Assembly: GCA_963667285.1 (NCBI GenBank)
Contig: OY763326.1
Location: 1,490,233 to 1,554,232, forward strand
Direction of reading: 5' to 3'
Source: Alphaproteobacteria bacterium
GTDB lineage: Bacteria > Pseudomonadota > Alphaproteobacteria > MPNO01
DNA length: 64,000 nucleotides
The notes beneath the pieces are model-generated. The model worked only from the letters and a program-made list of their open reading frames with translations, was not told the origin of the DNA and did not search any database. The position numbers were made by a program, and so were the translations under genes. Below are positions 1 to 11,498 of the stretch, in pieces. Within the stretch, counting starts at the first letter, position 1. Every line of letters starts with the position of its first letter.

Positions 1-1
1 G

Positions 2-2299
<2,298 letters not shown>

Positions 2300-2428
2300 C
2301 GAGGAGCGTGCCGTCCTTCGATACGGCGCGTAGCCTGTCCCGAGCGAAGTCGAGGGGGCCTGCTCGCCTCCCCCTCCCTCATCTGAGTAGCGGCGAAGCC
2401 GCGTATCGAAGGACGCGCGGGAAACCGC

Positions 2429-4294
2429 TCAGCCGGCCTCCAGGCCGCGCGCCAGCGCCTCCGACATGCGCCGCGAGAAGGCGGCGGGGTCGGGCGGGGT
2501 CTCGCCTTCCATGATGCGCGCCTGGTCGAGCACCAGCCACGCGGTGTCGGAGAGCCGGCCGGCCGCCGCGCCCTTGCCGACGGCTTCGGCGAGGCTGCGG
2601 ATCAGGTCGTGTCCCGGGTTGATCTCGAGGATGCGCTTGAAGCCCGACTCGATCTGCCCGTGCTGCTTCAGCAGGCGTTCGAGGTTGATGTCGAGATCGC
2701 CCTCGTCGGCGACCAGGCAGGCGGCGCTGTCGGTCAGCCGGTCGGAGCTCCGGACGTCCTTGACCTCGTCCTTGAGCGCCAGCTTGAACATCGCGATCAC
2801 GCTGTCGATGCGCCCCTGGTCGATCGCCTCGCCACCCTCCGCCGCGTCCTCGACCGCGATGTCGGCGAGGTCGGCGCCGGCCCGGGTCGCCGACCGGAAC
2901 GGCTTGTCGGCATGGGTTCCGACCGCGGGGATCCAGAACTCGTCCACCGGGTCGGTCATCAGCAGCACCTCGATGCCGCGCGCGCGAAAACCTTCGAGCT
3001 GCGGGCTCTGGCGCACCGATTCGAGCGCCTCGCCGGCGATGTAGTAGATCGCCTCCTGCCCCTCCTTCATCCGCTCGACATAGGCGTCGAGCCCGACCGG
3101 CCCGCCATCGGCGGTGGAGTGGAACCGCGCGAGCCCGAGGAGCTCGCCGCGGTTGTCGGGGTCCTCGTAGAGGCCCTCCTTGAGCACCGGGCCGAAATTC
3201 TCCCAGAACGCCGCATAATCCTCCGGCTCCGCCTCGGCCTTCTTCGCCAGCTCGCCGAGGACGCGGCGGACGATCGCCGCGCGCATGCGCGCCAGCAGCG
3301 GGTTGTTCTGCAGCATCTCGCGGCTGATGTTGAGCGGCAGGTCCTCGCTGTCGACCAGCCCGCGCAGGAAGCGCAGCCATTGCGGCACCAGCTCGGCGCA
3401 GTCGTCGGTGACGAAGACGCGCTTCACATAGAGCTTCACGCCGTGCTTGCGTTCCGGGTTGAACAGGTCGAACGGCCGCTGCGAGGGGATGAAGGCCAGC
3501 GTGGTGTATTCGTGCACCCCCTCGGCGCGCCAGTGGATTGTCATCCACGGCTCGTCGAAGGCGTGCCCGACATGGCGGTAGAATTCGCTGTACTGGTCCC
3601 GGTCGATCTCCGCCCTCGGCCGGGTCCACAGCGCCGACGCCTCGTTGACGGTCTCCTCGCCGCCGCCGTCCGCGAGGACGATCGGCAGGGCGATGTGGTC
3701 CGAATAGGTCTTGACGATGCCGCGCAGCCCGGCCGGCTCGAGGAATTCGTCCTCGCCGTCGCGCATGTAGAGCGTCACCGTGGTGCCGCGGCCCGCGCGG
3801 GCGGCCTCGCCGACGGTGAACTCGCCGAGCCCTTCGGAGGCCCAGCGCCACGCCCCGTCCTCGCCGGCGCGGCGGCTGGTCACCTCGACCCGGTCGGCGA
3901 CCATGAAGGCGGAGTAGAAGCCGACGCCGAACTGCCCGATCAGGGCCATGTCCTTCGCCTCGTCGCCGGAAACCTGCTCCAGATAGGCGCTGGTGCCGGA
4001 CCGGGCGATGGTGCCGAGATCGGCGATCAGCCCCTCGCGGTTCATGCCGATCCCGTTATCGACCACGGATACGGTGCGCGCCTCCGGGTCGAGCTCGATC
4101 CTGACCCGGAACTCGGGATCGTCCTCGATCAGCCCGGGCTCGGTGATCGCCTCGTAGCGCAGCCGGTCGCAGGCGTCGGACGCGTTGGAGATCAGCTCGC
4201 GCAGAAAGATCCGCTTCTCGCTGTACAGCGAGTTGGCGACGATTCGGAGCAGTCGGGAGACTTCCGTCTGGAAGCTCAGCTTCTCCTCGGCCAT
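2429..4294 (-). CDS. htpG: molecular chaperone HtpG (Hsp90)
   Basis: The C-terminal 621 aa of the 2429..6517 ORF start at MAEEKLSFQTEVSRLLRIVANSLYSEKRIFLRELISNASDACDRLRYEA (GHKL ATPase N-domain). The ATG at 4294 is in frame. Everything upstream of it is antisense to the helicase gene. Confidence 0.93.
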   Translation of the reverse strand: MAEEKLSFQTEVSRLLRIVANSLYSEKRIFLRELISNASDACDRLRYEAITEPGLIEDDPEFRVRIELDPEARTVSVVDNGIGMNREGLIADLGTIARSGTSAYLEQVSGDEAKDMALIGQFGVGFYSAFMVADRVEVTSRRAGEDGAWRWASEGLGEFTVGEAARAGRGTTVTLYMRDGEDEFLEPAGLRGIVKTYSDHIALPIVLADGGGEETVNEASALWTRPRAEIDRDQYSEFYRHVGHAFDEPWMTIHWRAEGVHEYTTLAFIPSQRPFDLFNPERKHGVKLYVKRVFVTDDCAELVPQWLRFLRGLVDSEDLPLNISREMLQNNPLLARMRAAIVRRVLGELAKKAEAEPEDYAAFWENFGPVLKEGLYEDPDNRGELLGLARFHSTADGGPVGLDAYVERMKEGQEAIYYIAGEALESVRQSPQLEGFRARGIEVLLMTDPVDEFWIPAVGTHADKPFRSATRAGADLADIAVEDAAEGGEAIDQGRIDSVIAMFKLALKDEVKDVRSSDRLTDSAACLVADEGDLDINLERLLKQHGQIESGFKRILEINPGHDLIRSLAEAVGKGAAAGRLSDTAWLVLDQARIMEGETPPDPAAFSRRMSEALARGLEAG

Positions 4295-4429
4295 CGATTC
4301 CTCCCCGATCGGGCGACGCGGAAGGCGTTTTCCGCCGCGCGCAACAGGCGAAGATATGCGCGAGCGGCGCCCCGCGTTCAAGCCCCGCCGGGCCTTGCCT
4401 TCGGCCCGCCGATTGCCGATGTTAGGGCC

Positions 4430-6928
4430 ATGTCCGCCCTCGGGCCACGCGCATCCGTGACCGCCGTTCTTGGCCCGACGAACACCGGCAAGACCCATTT
4501 CGCGATCGAGCGCCTCCTCGCCCATGCGAACGGCGCGATCGGCTTTCCGCTCAGGCTTCTGGCGCGCGAGAACTACGACCGGGTGGTCCGGCTGAAGGGC
4601 GCGCGCCACGTCGCCCTGGTCACCGGCGAGGAGAAGATCGTACCGGCCAGGGCGCGCTATTTCCTGTGCACCGCCGAATCGATGCCGCTGGAACGGCGCT
4701 TCGATTTCCTCGCCATAGACGAAATCCAGATGTGCGCCGACGGCGAGCGGGGGCACGTCTTCACCGACCGGCTGCTGCGCGCCCGCGGCGAGGTCGAGAC
4801 CATGCTGCTGGGCGCCGACACCATGCGCCCGCTGATCCGCAGGCTGGTGCCGGATGCGGAGTTCGTCGGCCGGCCCAGGCTGTCCCGCCTCGCCTATGGC
4901 GGGGCGAAGAAGCTCACCCGCCTGCCGCCGCGCTCGGCGGTGATCGCCTTCTCGGCGGGGCGGGTCTACGAGATCGCCGAGCTTCTGCGGCGCCAGCGCG
5001 GCGGCGCGGCGATCGTGCTCGGCGCGCTCAGCCCGCGCACCCGCAACGCCCAGGTCGGGATGTACCAGGACGGCGAGGTGGACTTCCTGGTCGCCACCGA
5101 CGCGATCGGCATGGGGCTCAACATGCGGCTCGACCATGTGGCGTTCTTCGAGCGCAAGAAGTTCGACGGCCGGCTGCACCGCGAACTCGACGTCGCCGAG
5201 CTCGCGCAGATCGCCGGCCGCGCCGGGCGCTACATGAACGACGGCACGTTCGGCACCACCGGGGGGCTCGCCGCCTTCGAGCCGGAGACCGTCGAGGCGA
5301 TCGAGAGCCACAGCTTCAAGCCCCTGACCGCGCTGCAATGGCGCAGCGCGGCGCTCGACTTCCGTTCGCCCGACGCGCTTCTGGAGAGCCTCGACGCGGC
5401 GCCGCCCCGGCCCGAGCTGGTGCGCGCGCGCGAGAGCGACGACCGGCGCGCGCTCGGCGCCCTGCTCGGCGACGGGGACATCCGCCGCCGCGCCGGCGGC
5501 CGCGCCGCGCTGCGGCTGCTGTGGGAGGTCTGCCGGATCCCCGACTACCGCAAGACCATGGCCGAGGAGCACACAAGCCTGCTGGCCACGGTGTTCGGTC
5601 ATCTCTCCGGGCCCGAGGAACGGCTGCCGACCGACTGGATCGCCGGGCAGATCGCCGGTCTCGACCGGACCGACGGCGAGATCGACACGCTGATGGCGCG
5701 CATCGCCCATGTGCGGACCTGGACCTATATCGCCCATCGCGCGGACTGGCTGGACGACGGCAAGGGCTGGCAGGCGCGCGCCCGGTCGATCGAGGACCGC
5801 CTGTCGGACGCGCTGCACGACCGCCTGGCGCAGCGCTTCGTCGACCGCCGCGCGGCGCTGCTCAACCGGGCCCGGGGCAAGTCCTCCCTCGCCGCGACCG
5901 TCGACGGCGACGGGAGGGTGCGGATCGCGGGCGAATGCGTGGGCCGCATCCAGGGTCTGCGGCTCGCGGTCGATGCGGCGGACGGCGCGCGCGGCGACCG
6001 CGAGATCAGGCCGCTGGCGGAGCGCGCCGTGCGGCAGAGACTCCGCGAACGCGCCGCCGAGCTGGACGCGGACGGGGACGATGCGTTCGCGCTCCGGGAC
6101 GACGCCGGCGTCTCCTGGCGGGGCGAAGTCGTCGCCCGGCTCACGGCCGGCGCGAGCCCGCTCGCGCCGCGGATCGCGCTGCGCGCCGACGAGGGTCTCG
6201 GCAAGGACCCGGCGGCGCGGGCGCGGCGCCGCATCGAGACCTGGCTCGCCGGGCATCTCGGCGCCGACCTCGCGCCCCTGTTCGCGCTCCGCGATGCCGG
6301 GTTCTCGGGGGCCGCGCGCGGTCTCGCCTTTCAGCTCGTCGAGGCGCTGGGGTCGATAGCGCGGCGCGACGTGCGCGCGCTGATCGCCGACCTGCCGGCG
6401 GCGGACCGGCGCCGCATGCGCGCGCTCGGCGTGCGCCTCGGCCTCGAGGCGGTCTACCTGCCGGCGATGGTCAAGCCGAGAGCGGCGCGGCTGCGGGCGC
6501 TGCTGTGGTCGGTCCATGGCGGCCGGGCGCCGCGGCCCGCGCCGCCGCCCGGCCTGTGCACCGTGGTGCCCGACGCCGATCCCGACCCGTCCTTCTATGC
6601 CGCCTGCGGCTTCCGGCTGATCGGCGGCACCGCGATGCGCATCGACATTCTCGACCGGCTCGCCATCGCGCTCGCCCGGGCGGCGCGGAACGGCCCGTTC
6701 GAGCTCGCGCCGGACCTGCTCTCCGGGGCCGGGCTGTCGGCGCAGCAGGCGGGGCCGGTGCTGGACGGGCTGGGCTACCGCCTGCAGGAAACCGAGGACG
6801 GCGCGCGCTACATCCGCGCCGCCCCCGAACGCGCCGCGCGGGGACGTGCGGGGCGCGGACCCCGGCGGCCGCGCAACCCGTCATCCTCGCCCTTCGCCAA
6901 GCTCCGGAGCCTCAAGAAACCGGTATGA
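4430..6928 (+). CDS. SUV3-like ATP-dependent RNA/DNA helicase (superfamily 2)
   Basis: In-frame ATG at 4430. Walker A is GPTNTGKTH, the DEIQ box is LAIDEIQMC, and helicase C motifs are VATDAIGMGLN and QIAGRAGR. A long Arg/Ala-rich C-terminal extension follows. Confidence 0.8.
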   Translation: MSALGPRASVTAVLGPTNTGKTHFAIERLLAHANGAIGFPLRLLARENYDRVVRLKGARHVALVTGEEKIVPARARYFLCTAESMPLERRFDFLAIDEIQMCADGERGHVFTDRLLRARGEVETMLLGADTMRPLIRRLVPDAEFVGRPRLSRLAYGGAKKLTRLPPRSAVIAFSAGRVYEIAELLRRQRGGAAIVLGALSPRTRNAQVGMYQDGEVDFLVATDAIGMGLNMRLDHVAFFERKKFDGRLHRELDVAELAQIAGRAGRYMNDGTFGTTGGLAAFEPETVEAIESHSFKPLTALQWRSAALDFRSPDALLESLDAAPPRPELVRARESDDRRALGALLGDGDIRRRAGGRAALRLLWEVCRIPDYRKTMAEEHTSLLATVFGHLSGPEERLPTDWIAGQIAGLDRTDGEIDTLMARIAHVRTWTYIAHRADWLDDGKGWQARARSIEDRLSDALHDRLAQRFVDRRAALLNRARGKSSLAATVDGDGRVRIAGECVGRIQGLRLAVDAADGARGDREIRPLAERAVRQRLRERAAELDADGDDAFALRDDAGVSWRGEVVARLTAGASPLAPRIALRADEGLGKDPAARARRRIETWLAGHLGADLAPLFALRDAGFSGAARGLAFQLVEALGSIARRDVRALIADLPAADRRRMRALGVRLGLEAVYLPAMVKPRAARLRALLWSVHGGRAPRPAPPPGLCTVVPDADPDPSFYAACGFRLIGGTAMRIDILDRLAIALARAARNGPFELAPDLLSGAGLSAQQAGPVLDGLGYRLQETEDGARYIRAAPERAARGRAGRGPRRPRNPSSSPFAKLRSLKKPV

Positions 6929-7215
6929 CCGACGACGCGATCCGGCTCGACAAGTGGCTCTGGTACGCGCGGCTGTTCACGAGCCGAAGCAAGGCGACCC
7001 GGCTGTGCCGGGAGGGGCGCATCCGGGTGGACGGCAGGGTGACCCGCAAGGCCGATCACCGGGTGGCTCCGGGCAGCGTGCTGACGGTCCCCATGCCGCG
7101 CGAGATCCGGGTGGTTCGCGTGCTGGCGGTGGGCACGCGGCGCGGCCCGCCGGAGGAGGCGAGAAGGCTCTACGAGACCATCCCGCCGCGCCCGCTGCAG
7201 GCGGTCGTCCGATGA
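6925..7215 (+). CDS. S4-domain RNA-binding protein (Hsp15/HslR-like)
   Basis: 96 aa. IRLDKWLWYARLFTSRSKATRLCREGRIRVDGR is a typical S4 alpha-L motif. The ATG overlaps the helicase stop codon (ATGA). Confidence 0.75.
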   Translation: MTDDAIRLDKWLWYARLFTSRSKATRLCREGRIRVDGRVTRKADHRVAPGSVLTVPMPREIRVVRVLAVGTRRGPPEEARRLYETIPPRPLQAVVR

Positions 7216-7685
7216 TCAACCGGATCAGGGACCTGCTGGGCGGCCGCGCGGCGCAACCGGACGACGCGAAGGCGGTGCGCCCGCAGGACCCGCTGGAGGT
7301 CGCCGCGGCGGCCCTGCTTGTCCACGCCGCATCGGTCGATGCCAGCTTCGACGAAATCGAGCGGCGCCGCATCCTCGACATCCTGCTGCGGCGGTTCTCG
7401 CTCAACCCGGACGAAGCCGAGACCCTGCTCGCCGCGGCCGAGGACAAGGCGGCGGGGGCGGTGCAGATTCTCGGCTTCACCCGCGCGGTCAAGGACCGCT
7501 ACAGCTACGAGCGGCGCGTCGCCCTGGTGGAGATGCTGTGGGAGGTGGTGCTCGCCGACGGCCGGGTCGATGCGCACGAGGCCCAGCTGATGCGCCGGAT
7601 CGGCGGGCTGATCTACGTGTCCGACCGCGACGGCGCGCTCGCCCGGCGCCGGGCGGCCGCGCGGCTCGCGGAAGGCGGGGAATGA
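7212..7685 (+). CDS. TerB-family (tellurite-resistance-like) protein
   Basis: 157 aa. The repeated helical D/E pattern (ASVDASFDEIERRRI ... LADGRVDAHEAQLMRRI) resembles the TerB fold. The start overlaps the previous stop codon (ATGA). Confidence 0.6.
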   Translation: MINRIRDLLGGRAAQPDDAKAVRPQDPLEVAAAALLVHAASVDASFDEIERRRILDILLRRFSLNPDEAETLLAAAEDKAAGAVQILGFTRAVKDRYSYERRVALVEMLWEVVLADGRVDAHEAQLMRRIGGLIYVSDRDGALARRRAAARLAEGGE

Positions 7686-7776
7686 GCCGATCGCCCGCGG
7701 CGGGCGAAAAGATGTTGGCTGACGGGGGCTCGGGTACTAAGTTCCCTGTCGCTTCGAAATCGGGAGTCGCCGGACC

Positions 7777-8115
7777 ATGACCTATATTGTCAACGAAATG
7801 TGCATCAGGTGCAAATTGATGGACTGCGTAGAGGTCTGCCCTGTGGATTGTTTCTACGAGGGCGAGAACATGCTGGTGATTCATCCTGACGAATGCATCG
7901 ATTGCGGCGTCTGCGAACCCGAATGCCCGGTCGAGGCGATCCGTCCCGACACCGATGAAGGGGCCGAGCAATGGGTCGAGATGAACCGCAAATACGCCGA
8001 TGCCTGGCCCAACATCACCCGCAAGGGGGAGTCGCCGGCCGACGCCGACGATTGGCGGGAGACCAAGAACAAGTTCGCCGAGCACTTCTCGGAGAACCCG
8101 GGCGAAGGCAGCTGA
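7777..8115 (+). CDS. fdxA: 7Fe ferredoxin (FdxA type)
   Basis: 112 aa. Cysteine clusters [18 protein letters not shown] and [12 protein letters not shown] match the 3Fe-4S plus 4Fe-4S pattern. Confidence 0.9.
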   Translation: MTYIVNEMCIRCKLMDCVEVCPVDCFYEGENMLVIHPDECIDCGVCEPECPVEAIRPDTDEGAEQWVEMNRKYADAWPNITRKGESPADADDWRETKNKFAEHFSENPGEGS

Positions 8116-8145
8116 GTGTCGACAGGAAGGGGTGATTTGGGCCCG

Positions 8146-8646
8146 ATGGCTACCAAAACGGCGTTCTCCGAAGGCGACTATGTGGTCTATCCGACGCATG
8201 GCGTCGGCAGGGTGCTCGGAGTCGAGGATCGCGAGGTCGCGGGGTTCGATCTCAAGCTGTTCGTGATCGCGTTCGAGGCGGAGAAGATGACCCTCCGCGT
8301 GCCGGTGGACAAGGTCAAGGATTCGGGGCTTCGCAAGATCTCGTCGCGGGCCAAGATGAAGTCCGCGCTGACCACGCTCAAGGGCCGCGCCCGCGGCAAG
8401 CGCACCATGTGGTCCCGGCGCGCCCAGGAATACGACGCGAAGATCAACAGCGGCGACCCGGTGTCCATCGCCGAGGTGGTGCGCGACCTGCACCGCGCCG
8501 CCGACCAGCCGGACCAGTCCTATTCGGAGCGCCAGATGTACGAGGCGGCGCTCGAAAGGCTGGCCCAGGAGCTGGCGCTGGTCGAGAAGATCGACCGCGA
8601 CGCGGCGGTGGAGAGGCTGGAGGCGGTCCTCGAAAGGCCTGCCTGA
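8146..8646 (+). CDS. carD: CarD-family transcriptional regulator
   Basis: FSEGDYVVYPTHGVGRVLGVE is the CarD/TRCF RID domain. ATG at 8146 is preceded by AGGAAGGGG. The track's GTG at 8116 is a less likely start. Confidence 0.87.
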   Translation: MATKTAFSEGDYVVYPTHGVGRVLGVEDREVAGFDLKLFVIAFEAEKMTLRVPVDKVKDSGLRKISSRAKMKSALTTLKGRARGKRTMWSRRAQEYDAKINSGDPVSIAEVVRDLHRAADQPDQSYSERQMYEAALERLAQELALVEKIDRDAAVERLEAVLERPA

Positions 8647-8672
8647 TCCCGGACCGCGGCGGTCCGGCAAGG

Positions 8673-9155
8673 GTGATCGAAAAAATACTTTCGGGCGGGC
8701 AGACCGGGGTCGACCGCGGCGCGCTCGATGCCGCGCTCGACGCCGGGGTCCCGTGCGGCGGCTGGTGCCCGCGCGGCCGCCGGGCGGAAGACGGGCGCAT
8801 TCCCGGACGCTACCCGCTCGACGAGACCGCCTCTCCCCGCTATGCCGAACGGACCCGCCGCAACGTGCGCGACTCGGACGCCACGCTGGTGCTCGCCTGG
8901 GGCGAGCCGAGCGGCGGGACCCGGGCGACCGTCGCCTTCGCCGGGCGCATGGCGAAACCCTGCCTGGTGCTCGACATGAGGGAGCTCGGCGACGACGCGG
9001 CCGCCGCCCGGGCCGGCGCGTGGGTCGCCGCCGAGCGGGTCGCGGCGCTCAACGTGGCGGGCCCGCGCGCCAGCGGCCAGCCCGACGCGCGGGACCGGGC
9101 GCGCCGGGTGGTCGCGCTGATCCTGGTTATCGCGGCTACTCCGCGACGATCTTGA
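8673..9155 (+). CDS. YpsA / putative molybdenum-carrier (SLOG superfamily) protein
   Basis: GTG start. KILSGGQTGVDRGALDAALDAGVPCGGWCPRGRRAEDG ... RNVRDSDATLV ... GGTRAT is the family signature as I recall it. Confidence 0.75.
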   Translation: MIEKILSGGQTGVDRGALDAALDAGVPCGGWCPRGRRAEDGRIPGRYPLDETASPRYAERTRRNVRDSDATLVLAWGEPSGGTRATVAFAGRMAKPCLVLDMRELGDDAAAARAGAWVAAERVAALNVAGPRASGQPDARDRARRVVALILVIAATPRRS

Positions 9156-10635
9156 CCGACCGACCGGCGGCGATCCCGTCGCCGGGGCCGAGCCCGTTGA
9201 GCACGCGGAACCGCTCCACCCGGCGCCTCTCGACCGCCATCCGCCGCGCCAGGCTCTCCTGCGTGTCGCCCCGCCGGGCCCGGATCACCCGGATCCGCCG
9301 GGGCCGGTGCGTCGCCGCCTCGGCGGCGGTCATCTCGCGCAGGCTCCGCCGCACCGTGCGATACGCCTCTTCGAGGCGCGAACCCGGTTTGCGCGGGAAC
9401 ACCAGGACCAGCTCGTAGACCTTGCCGCCGCGCGCCCCGGCGGCGAGCACGGCGATGTCCACGATGCCGTCCCGGCCGCGCGCGGCGAACCGGGTGGACG
9501 CCGCCGGCATGGTGTTGACGGTGAATTCGTCGATCCGGGCGATGGAGAACCGGGACCCCCATCCGGCGCGCAGGAACCCGGCGGCCGACCGGCTCGCGCC
9601 GCGCGGCTGCAGGCGGAAGATTATCCGTCCGCCGTCACGGCTGTTCGCCACCACCGCCTGCGGCATGTTGTGGACGATGAAGCGCCGCGGCACCGAGAAG
9701 CGGAAGCGCAGCTCGGGATGGATGAAGTCGCGGCCGCGGGCGAAGCCCTGCCGGCGGCTGCCGCCATAGACCATCCCGTCGATCTTGCCGAGATAGATTT
9801 GGCGCGCGACCATCGGGTCGCGGGGCTTCGTCCGGGCGGCGTTCGCCGCGGCGCGCCGGATGCGGGCGAGCGGCGCGGGGTGGGTGGCGGTGTAGTCGAA
9901 GCGGTCGATCCTGTCGGGCGACCGGCCGGCGAGCGCCGCCTCCAGCCGGCCATGGGCGCGCAGCTTGCCGAGCATGCGGGCGACCGCGCCGGTGTCGTAA
10001 CCCGCCCGCGCCAGATAGCGGATGCCGAGATCGTCGGATTCGTACTCGTTCTCGCGCGAGAAGCTGCGCAGATAGGCGAAAGCCGCTTTGCCGCCGAGCT
10101 CGCCCACGATGCGCTCGGCCCCGCTGCCGGGCGCCGCCTGCCGGGCCAGGATCCCCGCGGCGAGCACGCCGAGCTGCGCCAGGATGGCCTGGCCGCGCCC
10201 GCGCGCGTAGTGCAGCGCGGTGATGTGGCCGAGCTCGTGGCCGAGCACGGCGGCGAGCTCGGCCTCGCTGTCGAACAGGGCGAGCAGCCCGCGGGTGATG
10301 TAGATGTAGCCGCCGGGAACCGCGAAGGCGTTGACGATGTCGGTATCGACCACGGTGAAGGTGTATTGCAGGTCGCGCCGCTCGGCGGTGCGCGCCAGCA
10401 GCTGGCCGACCGAGTCGACGTAGCGCTGCAGCGCCCGGTTCTCCAGCGCCGGGCCGAACTGCCTGAGCACCTGGGGGTGCAGCCTGCGCCCCTCGGCCTG
10501 CTCCTGCGGCCCGGAGATCCCGCCGGTGAACACCTTCTCGCCGGTCGCCGGGTTGACCGTGCAGCCGCCGGGCCCGCCCGCCAGCAGGGCGGCGCCGAGC
10601 GCGGCCACCGCGGGAACGCCCCATCGCCGGGTCAC
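9136..10635 (-). CDS. M48-family zinc metalloprotease lipoprotein with C-terminal LysM domain
   Basis: HEXXH is present in AVLGHELGHITALH. The N-terminal lipobox-like sequence is LLAGGPGGC. The C-terminal LysM-like sequence is RGDTQESLARRMAV...FRVLNGL. A GTG start at 10635 overlaps the upstream gene's stop codon (GTGA). Confidence 0.8.
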   Translation of the reverse strand: MTRRWGVPAVAALGAALLAGGPGGCTVNPATGEKVFTGGISGPQEQAEGRRLHPQVLRQFGPALENRALQRYVDSVGQLLARTAERRDLQYTFTVVDTDIVNAFAVPGGYIYITRGLLALFDSEAELAAVLGHELGHITALHYARGRGQAILAQLGVLAAGILARQAAPGSGAERIVGELGGKAAFAYLRSFSRENEYESDDLGIRYLARAGYDTGAVARMLGKLRAHGRLEAALAGRSPDRIDRFDYTATHPAPLARIRRAAANAARTKPRDPMVARQIYLGKIDGMVYGGSRRQGFARGRDFIHPELRFRFSVPRRFIVHNMPQAVVANSRDGGRIIFRLQPRGASRSAAGFLRAGWGSRFSIARIDEFTVNTMPAASTRFAARGRDGIVDIAVLAAGARGGKVYELVLVFPRKPGSRLEEAYRTVRRSLREMTAAEAATHRPRRIRVIRARRGDTQESLARRMAVERRRVERFRVLNGLGPGDGIAAGRSVKIVAE

Positions 10636-11462
10636 TCGACCGGTTCCAGCTGTTCGGGATGGGTGGCTTCGATCATCGGCCCATTCTGCCACGACAGCCA
10701 GCCGCGCACACGAATTATGCGTCCGGCGAGTGAAGCGATATCGATTCCCGCACGCCTGAACCGGCGCCGGTGCTTGCGGGCGACCGAGACGGTGAAGTCG
10801 GTTCGCCAGTCGGCCCCGAAATTCAGGTAGAAGCGGCCGCGCACGGCGGCGGCGCGCAGCACGCGGCCCTCGACGAGCTCGAACCGGCCGATCCGGCGCC
10901 GCGCCTCCTCCGGGGCGAGCACGCGGTACGCGCGCAGCCGCCAGATCCCCCGCCGGGCGGCGCGGGCGGCCCGTTCGAGCGCCAGCATCCGCCCCGCCCG
11001 GGCCCGGTTGTCGGGGAAGGTGTAGACCCGGGCGAGGCCCCGGCGAAGCATCTCGCCCTGCGCCCAGAGCGCCGGCCGGCCGGGCGCGGCCTCGCGTTCG
11101 AGATGGGCCAGCAGCCGCCGGTGCCGGTCGACCCGGAGCCCGCCATAGACCAGCCGCACGCGGGCGCCGACGAGCATGGCCTCGAGCGCCGCCCTAGCCT
11201 CGCGGGCGAGCGGCCAGTCGCGCAACCCGGCGCGGCCGAGCGCCAGCCTGGGCGCCTGGATGCCGACGAGCCGGATTTCGACGCCGCTCTCGAGCGCCAC
11301 CGTGTCGCCGTCGATCGCCGCGCCGACGACCCCCCGGCGCGGGGTCTCGGCGGGCGCCGGGTGCGGCCACAGGAGGGCCAGCGCGGCGAGGGCCGGGATT
11401 GGCCAGGCGGCGCGGCGCGGATAAGATGCCGCGCCCGCCGCGGGGCGCCGCCCCCGGCCCAA
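10632..11462 (-). CDS. secreted thermonuclease (staphylococcal nuclease, SNase-like) family protein
   Basis: IDGDTVALESGVEIRLVGIQAP ... RRLLAHL ... GEMLRRGLARVY ... AARAARRGIW matches the SNase fold motifs. A signal-like sequence AAWPIPALAALALLWPHPAPA is present. The start is uncertain. TTG at 11462 is proposed because the upstream ATG at 11537 would overlap pip. Confidence 0.62.
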   Translation of the reverse strand: MGRGRRPAAGAASYPRRAAWPIPALAALALLWPHPAPAETPRRGVVGAAIDGDTVALESGVEIRLVGIQAPRLALGRAGLRDWPLAREARAALEAMLVGARVRLVYGGLRVDRHRRLLAHLEREAAPGRPALWAQGEMLRRGLARVYTFPDNRARAGRMLALERAARAARRGIWRLRAYRVLAPEEARRRIGRFELVEGRVLRAAAVRGRFYLNFGADWRTDFTVSVARKHRRRFRRAGIDIASLAGRIIRVRGWLSWQNGPMIEATHPEQLEPVE

Positions 11463-11498
11463 CCCTTCGCGCAACCGGCCGAGGCGCGGAACCCGCAA

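Noticed and set aside
2313-2414. Inverted repeat of 13-14 bp (GTCCTTCGATACG / CGTATCGAAGGAC) between the convergent acnA and htpG genes
   Set aside because: The arms are separated by about 76 nt and lack a U-tract, so this is not a convincing intrinsic terminator. With a single observation I cannot tell whether it is a dispersed repeat.
2429-6517. 1362-aa ORF that could be read as one giant protein
   Set aside because: Only the C-terminal 621 aa (from MAEEKLSFQ at 4294) resemble a real protein, HtpG. The upstream part is Arg/Ala/Gly/Pro-rich and lies antisense to the well-supported helicase gene. It is a typical high-GC shadow ORF.
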